Positions 7,580 through 12,849 of a stretch of 12,849 nucleotides of DNA are shown here, piece after piece. A model generated the notes under the pieces. The model was not told where the DNA came from. It saw only the letters and a program-made list of their open reading frames with translations, and made no database searches. Position numbers and translations under genes: made by a program. Within the stretch, counting starts at the first letter, position 1. Every line of letters begins with the position of its first letter. Source of the DNA: Candidatus Helarchaeota archaeon (GTDB taxonomy: Archaea > Asgardarchaeota > Lokiarchaeia > Helarchaeales > RDOG01); contig JALGVI010000101.1 of NCBI GenBank assembly GCA_029838215.1, positions 1 to 12,849 of the forward strand. Reading direction: 5' to 3'.

Positions 7580-7607
7580 CTTATTTATAACAAATATTAT
7601 AAATAAG
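7580..7607. repeat. Perfect 11-6-11 inverted repeat, dif/Xer-like layout
   Basis: CTTATTTATAA-CAAATA-TTATAAATAAG; the arms are exact reverse complements with an ATAA-N6-TTAT core. Confidence 0.7.
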
Positions 7608-7689
7608 AGAGAGTTCCGACGGAGATTATTGAGTTTTTTAAATGAAAAATAAGTTAGAAAAGAATAACCTGAATTGAATTATTTTGGCA

Positions 7690-8584
7690 TTATGAATCGT
7701 TCAGAGGCACGTTTTTCAACCACGCCGTGATTTTTTGCACGCATTCGTTGCGTCTTTCGTGCAGGATCATGTGGCTTGCATCTTTAATGATTTCCAATCG
7801 CTTGTATTTGGATTTTTCGAGCCTGTTAAATATTTCGGTCATGTATTCAACGCTGAACAGGACATCACCATCGGGATTGATGAGCAGGATGGGTGTTTCG
7901 ATTTCTTCGATTGGGCGTGCAAGAGGTGCTTTCATCTGCGTTGCCAATGCTTTCAGAGTGTATCTATCGCTTGCCAAAGGATCATTTAAGAGAACGTCAA
8001 GTCGTTCATCTAGGAATGACGGGTCTCTGAACAATTGCGTTGGATCCAGATATATCCAGACGGAAAATGAAAGGGTTGGCATTATCTTTGAAAGTGGCCT
8101 TACGAAATGGCGCAAGACCTTGTAAAAACCTTTTAATTTAATTATTTTCTTGTGTGCACCTTCGTTGAAAATTGCGGCGTTATGACATATCCCTGCCTTG
8201 ATTCGTTCATCATTTGCCACGGAATAAAGGGCGGTAATGCCTCCCAGGCTCGATCCCATCACCACGACATTTTCGCCATGTTTTTCAATCACGTGGGAAG
8301 TGACATCGTAGATGGTGTCCGTCAATTCTTCCATGCCGAAATGCCCGCGTTTTCCATCACTCAGACCGTGCCCCGGAAGGTCGGGAGCAACGATCCTGTA
8401 ACCTTCCAGATTCATTTGATATAAAAACTCGGCATAGAAGCGTGCGTAGACTGCCGTGCCGTGGATGAAAAGAAGTGATGTATTCTTCCCTGATGGATGC
8501 CTTGATTTCATTTGGATCGAAGTCGCCAAGGCAATATTTAAACCACGTGTCATTATCTTGAAGGGTTTTTTGCTTCATTTTCAA
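7690..8584 (-). pseudogene. Alpha/beta hydrolase (lipase/lysophospholipase-like), apparently frameshifted near the 5' end
   Basis: The C-terminal frame has FIHG, DLPGHGLS, nucleophile GSSLG, acid GDVLF and base SHMILHE. The plausible N-terminus (MKQKTLQDNDTWFKYCLGDFDPNEIKASIREEYITS) is in the frame of ORF 8357..8584, with SD GAGGT 7 nt before TTG 8584. The frames switch at about 8471-8476. Confidence 0.65.
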
Positions 8585-8634
8585 CTCTGAGACCTCTTGA
8601 TGAATTTTTGATTTACTTTTTTTCCTTTTTTGTC

Positions 8635-8650
8635 AAAAAAAAGAAGAGAA
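8635..8650 (-). terminator. Oligo-U/pyrimidine tract directly after the maoC-like stop
   Basis: Minus strand TTCTCTTCTTTTTTTT immediately follows TAA. Confidence 0.45.
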
Positions 8651-9115
8651 TTAACCGTAATAACGATATACTACTTCAGCAACGCAGGCTGGTTTTTCCT
8701 GTCCTTCTACCTCGAAAGTCAGCTGGAAATTCGCCTGAACGCCGCCTTTTACTTCTTTCAGGCTCGAAAGAACCGATTTCATTCGTATTTTCTTGCCGAT
8801 GGGAACGGGTGCAGGAAAGCGTACTTTCTCCGTTCCGTAATTTATACCCATTTTTTTTTCTTGAATTTCGAGAATTTGGGACATCAATACGGGAGCAAGG
8901 CTAAGCGTGTAATAGCCGTGTGCAATTGGTCCTCCGTATGGGGACTCTTTCTTGGCGCGTTCGACATCCACGTGGATCCATTGGTGATCCCCCGTTGCAT
9001 CAGCAAACAGGTTAATTTCGTTTTGCGTTACCAGATGCCAGTCACTCACGCCAATTTCTTTACCCAAGTACTGATTTAATTCCGAGATGTTTTTCAAAAC
9101 CAATTTTGCCATCAT
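8651..9115 (-). CDS. MaoC-family (hot-dog fold) dehydratase / (R)-enoyl-CoA hydratase
   Basis: Hydratase motif FADATGDHQWIHVD, plus PIAHGYYTLSL and NYGTEKVRFPAPV. SD GGTGA lies upstream of ATGATG. Confidence 0.93.
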   Translation of the reverse strand: MMAKLVLKNISELNQYLGKEIGVSDWHLVTQNEINLFADATGDHQWIHVDVERAKKESPYGGPIAHGYYTLSLAPVLMSQILEIQEKKMGINYGTEKVRFPAPVPIGKKIRMKSVLSSLKEVKGGVQANFQLTFEVEGQEKPACVAEVVYRYYG

Positions 9116-9134
9116 TTTTCACCTTGTCCGGTTA

Positions 9135-9177
9135 AATTTCCGCTTGCTTCTTCTCATGAGAAGCGAGTTTGGAAATT
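9135..9177. promoter_or_regulatory. Nested inverted repeat / hairpin in the leader of the maoC-like gene
   Basis: Perfect 14-bp palindrome CTTCTCATGAGAAG (9150-9163) inside outer arms AATTTCC (9135-9141) and GGAAATT (9171-9177). Confidence 0.5.
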
Positions 9178-9212
9178 GCAGGATCATCATTAAGATTTTA
9201 GCTTCAGGTATC

Positions 9213-9220
9213 TTTTATAA
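9213..9220 (-). promoter_or_regulatory. Candidate TATA box for the maoC-like gene
   Basis: Minus strand CAAATAA-TTATAAAA, just after the T-tract that follows the upstream gene's stop. Confidence 0.4.
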
Positions 9221-9236
9221 TTATTTGAAAAAGAGT

Positions 9237-9449
9237 TCACGTGGGTAGGTCCTTTCGTATTTCACCATTCGGAAGCATGTTATCGGGATGAAAAGCACCT
9301 TCTTCTTCCATTTTTTTCCGAACGCAATTCTTTCCATTTTGCATGCAATAGTTTTGGATCCATTTTGCATCGATTAGTCCTGCTTCGAAATAGCGCTTCA
9401 TTGGACAGACCGAATACCAGTGACATGCTTGTTTTTTCTGAGTTGTCAT
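9237..9449 (-). CDS. Small conserved Cys-rich (probable metal-binding) protein, 70 aa
   Basis: C9-x5-C15-x19-C35-x6-C42 plus HPDNMLPNG. I recall similar proteins being auto-annotated as uracil-DNA glycosylase, but no UDG motifs are present. Confidence 0.75.
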   Translation of the reverse strand: MTTQKKQACHWYSVCPMKRYFEAGLIDAKWIQNYCMQNGKNCVRKKMEEEGAFHPDNMLPNGEIRKDLPT

Positions 9450-9478
9450 TCAAATCCTTTTAAAGCCTTGATTTCACA

Positions 9479-9488
9479 CTTTTAAAAG
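9479..9488. promoter_or_regulatory. Palindromic TATA-like element between divergent genes
   Basis: CTTTTAAAAG reads the same on both strands and lies between starts 9449 (-) and 9535/9574 (+). Confidence 0.3.
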
Positions 9489-9573
9489 CATTCAAATTCA
9501 ATAATTTTTAGCATCATGATTTATTATTAAATCAATGATATTGGATTATAAACAAAAAGAAAGGTATCCATTC

Positions 9574-10635
9574 ATGGGAGTCTTGAAGAAACGGAAGAAA
9601 GATAAAAAGGAGACACGTGATGATGTCAGGTCGCGTCTTCACGACTTGCATCCATCTTTGGCAGTTCAGATGATGAAAGCAAATGAGACGGAACAAGATC
9701 AAATATTACGAATGAAAATTGAGATGGAATTAAAGGAGAAAGAACGCCAAAGAGAAGAAACCCAAAAAGCAGAGATTCAACTGCGCATTCAAGAGATAAG
9801 GGAAAAAGCCAGAAAATTGAAAGAACAGAAAGAGGCAAAAAGAACCGATCATGATGAGAAAATTGACAGGTTGGTTAAATTATTTAATGATTTGACCAAG
9901 TTCTACCAACTGATTGCCAGTCCTGACGTGAACACGCGGATCAAGCAGGTATTTCTCGAGTTAAATGAGATAAAATCAGCAATTAAGGAACATTTGGCTT
10001 TGAGTTCAGTTGGACTTGATGTAGATGCCTTTCTCCAAGAGCTCATGATGAAATCGGTCCCTGAGATGAACGAAGAAGAAATCATCCAGTTGAAATTTAA
10101 GATCTTCACCTGGCTTATCACCGTTTTTAATGCTTTGTCTACCGATTTCGCTCGCCTCGATAGGTCTGATGCAAAGCAAGAGGCAAAGTCAAGATTCGTT
10201 CAACTTGAGAATGACTTGAAAATTCAATTAGAAACCATTAGAAAGAATTACGAACATCAGATTCTCGTTGCCTTGATCATTCTTGGAAAGGATACGGGAG
10301 TTCCTTATGTTGCCTATGAATTTGGTTCTCTTTCACTTCAATCGGACTTGATAACGGGTTTTTTATCAGCGATTCAAAGTTTTGCGAGTGAAATCGTGAA
10401 GAGGCAAGCCAAGATGAGGCGACTGACGTTCGCAGAATTCATCATAGAAATGTTTGAGGGAGATAAAAGCATCATGGCACTCATTTTGAAGGGACCGATC
10501 ACGAAAAAACTTCACGATAATTGCACTCACGTGATCCGTGAGTTCGAGGTCGATTTCAGGGATGTATTGACCAATTTTGACGGAAATATAGGACAGTTTC
10601 GACCTTTTATAGAGAAAATATCGGGTTTATTATGA
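9574..10635 (+). CDS. Coiled-coil protein with C-terminal longin/roadblock-like domain (Asgard-type), ~353 aa
   Basis: Charged heptad-rich N-terminal half. From nt 10261: ILVALIILGKDTGVPYVAYEF...DLITGFLSAIQSFASEI...LTFAEFIIEMFEGDKSIMALIL, the pattern of Asgard longin-like domains. ATG 9574 has AAGGT upstream; ATG 9535 is an alternative start. Confidence 0.7.
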   Translation: MGVLKKRKKDKKETRDDVRSRLHDLHPSLAVQMMKANETEQDQILRMKIEMELKEKERQREETQKAEIQLRIQEIREKARKLKEQKEAKRTDHDEKIDRLVKLFNDLTKFYQLIASPDVNTRIKQVFLELNEIKSAIKEHLALSSVGLDVDAFLQELMMKSVPEMNEEEIIQLKFKIFTWLITVFNALSTDFARLDRSDAKQEAKSRFVQLENDLKIQLETIRKNYEHQILVALIILGKDTGVPYVAYEFGSLSLQSDLITGFLSAIQSFASEIVKRQAKMRRLTFAEFIIEMFEGDKSIMALILKGPITKKLHDNCTHVIREFEVDFRDVLTNFDGNIGQFRPFIEKISGLL

Positions 10636-10658
10636 AATAAAAATGAGAGACGAACATC

Positions 10659-11858
10659 GTGGCTCAAGATCGCTCGATTTTTGAACTTTTTCAGAGAGCA
10701 AAGGACTTCGAAAGCAGGAATCAATACGAAGAAGCCATCGCAGCGTATAAATTGATCCTTCAAATCAAGCCAAATCATTATTTTTCTCTTCTTTCATTAG
10801 GTATCAACTATTCGAAGCTTGGAGACTTGGAAAGCTCATCCAGGTACTACGATCTCGCCGATGAAGTGCAACGGCAATTTCAAGAAGACCGTGAGAAATT
10901 TCAGGTCACTATTTCTGCAAGTGAGGAAAAAGAGCTTGAGGATCTAAACGTTGACCAAATTTTGACAGAATTAATCGACGAAGTCAAAAAAGAGAAGGAA
11001 TCTCAGGCAGATATTGATTTGGATGACTTGCTTCAATCCGTAAAGGGCTCCTCTCCAGAAATGACCAATAAACCTGTAATCGTTCGTCCTGCTTCAATGC
11101 CTTCACCAGTAAAAAAGCCGAAAGAAGACATTAACGTGCTTTTAGATCGTGCCTCGCAATTAATCGGGCAAAGAAAATATGACGATGCGCTTCAGATCTA
11201 TAAGACCGTCATTCATCGCGACCCGCAGAATGAACAGGCGTGGTTTCAATCGGCTTTGATATATAAAGAACAAAAAAAATATCACAAGACGGCCATTTAT
11301 TTTCAGAAAGTCCTCGAGCTCAATTCAAAAAACGCGCTGGCTCTCGATTACATAAGCTGGGCATTTTTGAATTTAAAACGCTTTGACAAGACGGTTGAGC
11401 ACGCGAAGATGTCGCTTGAACTCAATTCCGAAAATTTTCAAGCGTGGGTCAATTTAGGAGATGCATATTTTGAATTGGAACAATACAGATATGCTCTTTA
11501 TTGCTATCAGCAAGCCATTACGATTTCTCCAGATCCAGAAATAGAGCGACAGGTCGCGTCCTTAGTGGAGCAAGACGTGAAACCACACGATCCACGAGAT
11601 GAACATTTCAAGATTTGTCCTAAATGTAACGAAAAGATTCGGCAGATTGCGAAATTCTGCGATCAATGTGGCATTTCGTTATTGGAACGCACGCAAGACG
11701 TGATTAAAACCTGCATTATTTGCAGGGAAAATATAGTTTCGGAGAGACCGACAATCTGCATGAGTTGTAACTCGCCATTCCACCGATCTTGCTTGTTAAA
11801 ATGGATTCAGAATTATCAGGTTTGTCCTCATTGTAATCAGAATCCGGGATGGATTTGA
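10659..11858 (+). CDS. TPR-repeat protein with Zn ribbon and C-terminal C4HC3 RING-like domain (putative E3 ligase)
   Basis: TPR consensus blocks (YEEAIAAYKLILQIKP; YDDALQIYKTVIHRDP; AWVNLGDAYFELEQYRYALYCYQQAITISP). Zn ribbon CPKC-x10-CDQC. RING C352-x2-C-x11-C-x2-C-x4-H-x2-C-x3-W-x6-C-x2-C392. GTG start. Confidence 0.85.
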   Translation: MAQDRSIFELFQRAKDFESRNQYEEAIAAYKLILQIKPNHYFSLLSLGINYSKLGDLESSSRYYDLADEVQRQFQEDREKFQVTISASEEKELEDLNVDQILTELIDEVKKEKESQADIDLDDLLQSVKGSSPEMTNKPVIVRPASMPSPVKKPKEDINVLLDRASQLIGQRKYDDALQIYKTVIHRDPQNEQAWFQSALIYKEQKKYHKTAIYFQKVLELNSKNALALDYISWAFLNLKRFDKTVEHAKMSLELNSENFQAWVNLGDAYFELEQYRYALYCYQQAITISPDPEIERQVASLVEQDVKPHDPRDEHFKICPKCNEKIRQIAKFCDQCGISLLERTQDVIKTCIICRENIVSERPTICMSCNSPFHRSCLLKWIQNYQVCPHCNQNPGWI

Positions 11859-11932
11859 TTTCATGACGGCATATCTTTCAGGATTGATATAGAAACAGGG
11901 GATGAGTTGAAATTAAAGAAAATGAGAACTTC

Positions 11933-12733
11933 ATGAATTGGGAAAATCCGGGAATTGCCTTAATAACGGGTGCCTCTGCAGGCATTGGAGCGGAGTTTGC
12001 ACGTGCATTGGCGGCTCAGGGATTCAGCGTGATCTTGACGGCTCGGAGACGAGAAAAGTTGGAAGAGGTCGCACGAGAAGTAAAAGATAATTACGGAGTA
12101 GAAGCAGAAGTTTTTCCAGCAGATTTATCGAAAATGGAAGATATTGAAAAACTGGTTAATCATGTTCAGGGGCTAAAAAAACTGGACGTATTGATAAATA
12201 ATGCAGGATTTGGAATTAGTGGCTTTCTTAATGAACTGGACACGAAACCAATTCTTGACATGATGAGCGTTCACGATACGGCTCCCATTTTATTATGTAA
12301 GGCAGCTTTACCTACCATGCTTGAACAAGACCGAGGTGCCATCATTAACGTGGCTTCTCTTGCTTGCTTCCTGCGATTTCCGAGTGGCTCCATTTATAAT
12401 GCGACCAAATCTTTTCTCATCGCCTTGACGCAAAGTCTTCACCTGGACCTACACGGAACCGGTATTAAGGTACAGGCTTTATGTCCGGGCATGACGGTGA
12501 CGGAATTTCATTCCGTTGGTTATTTTGAGGGTTTTGATAGGAGTACCATTCCAAAGTGGCTGTGGATGTCATCTGAAAAGACGGTAAGGCAATCTCTTGC
12601 CGCATTTAGAAAAAATAAGGTAGTTTTCATCCCAGGACGCAAGAATCGCTTGTTCAAATCATTGTACAATAGTCGAATCATCGGAGGAATCATTAGAAAA
12701 TCAGCAATCAAGCGACAACAAGAAAGTTTTTAG
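11933..12733 (+). CDS. Short-chain dehydrogenase/reductase (classical SDR)
   Basis: TGASAGIG nucleotide-binding motif, NNAG, catalytic S...YNATK. Confidence 0.95.
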   Translation: MNWENPGIALITGASAGIGAEFARALAAQGFSVILTARRREKLEEVAREVKDNYGVEAEVFPADLSKMEDIEKLVNHVQGLKKLDVLINNAGFGISGFLNELDTKPILDMMSVHDTAPILLCKAALPTMLEQDRGAIINVASLACFLRFPSGSIYNATKSFLIALTQSLHLDLHGTGIKVQALCPGMTVTEFHSVGYFEGFDRSTIPKWLWMSSEKTVRQSLAAFRKNKVVFIPGRKNRLFKSLYNSRIIGGIIRKSAIKRQQESF

Positions 12734-12738
12734 TTTTA

Positions 12739-12849
12739 TCAAGGAAGGATTTCTTCGAGAGTGACTTCGGTGGCTTCATTCCAATAGTAATTAAACAGGT
12801 CTTTCGCCCAATTAGTAAAATCTTCATTATTTTCGGCGAATAGACATTG
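12739..12849 (-). CDS. 3' end (partial) of a probable archaeal HTH transcriptional regulator (DUF1724/TrmB-like C-terminus)
   Basis: Not in the ORF track. Minus frame from 12849: QCLFAENNEDFTNWAKDLFNYYWNEATEVTLEEILP* (TGA 12741-12739). The W-A-x-x-L-F-x-Y-Y-W pattern is typical of that C-terminus. Confidence 0.55.
   Translation of the reverse strand, partial: QCLFAENNEDFTNWAKDLFNYYWNEATEVTLEEILP

Larger units (their letters stand above)
131..7689. mobile_element. AT-rich putative defence island; no integrase or transposase in the window; boundaries approximate
   Basis: Hand-counted sample lines: 30/60 GC at nt 1-60, 11/60 GC at 5341-5400, 33/60 GC at 8221-8280. The block encodes only defence-type genes and sits between housekeeping genes. 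Confidence 0.6.

Noticed and set aside
7727-9079. Plus-strand ORFs 7727..8125, 7735..7989, 8152..8424, 8608..8904 and 8630..9079
   Set aside because: Antisense to the well-supported hydrolase and MaoC genes.
9626-10778. Minus-strand ORFs 9626..9838, 9903..10121 and 10527..10778 (also 12520..12711)
   Set aside because: Antisense shadows of supported plus-strand genes.
1-12849. CRISPR array, rRNA/tRNA genes, IS elements or integrase
   Set aside because: No regularly spaced repeats, RNA-gene structure, or transposase/recombinase motifs were seen.

Overview
Probably an Asgard archaeal (Lokiarchaeia-like) chromosome segment; this is inferred from a longin-like protein, a C4HC3 RING protein and archaeal-style TATA and oligo-T signals. 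An AT-rich block of about 7.5 kb (~131-7689) lies between the 3' end of nrdD and GC-richer housekeeping genes and looks like a defence island. It carries three genes. The first is a catalytically dead, long-B-like prokaryotic Argonaute that appears to lack PAZ and has a 43-aa acidic insert. The second overlaps it and has a C-terminal Mrr-type PD-(D/E)xK nuclease behind an unrecognised N-terminal domain. The third is a ~1,057-aa P-loop ATPase-wHTH-HEPN protein with two RNPxxH motifs. A perfect 11-6-11 dif-like inverted repeat sits at the island's right edge. The right flank holds a frameshifted alpha/beta hydrolase, a MaoC dehydratase, a small Cys-rich protein, a coiled-coil/longin protein, a TPR-Zn-ribbon-RING protein, an SDR and the end of a probable regulator gene. 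All domain calls come from motif reading by eye; no searches were run.
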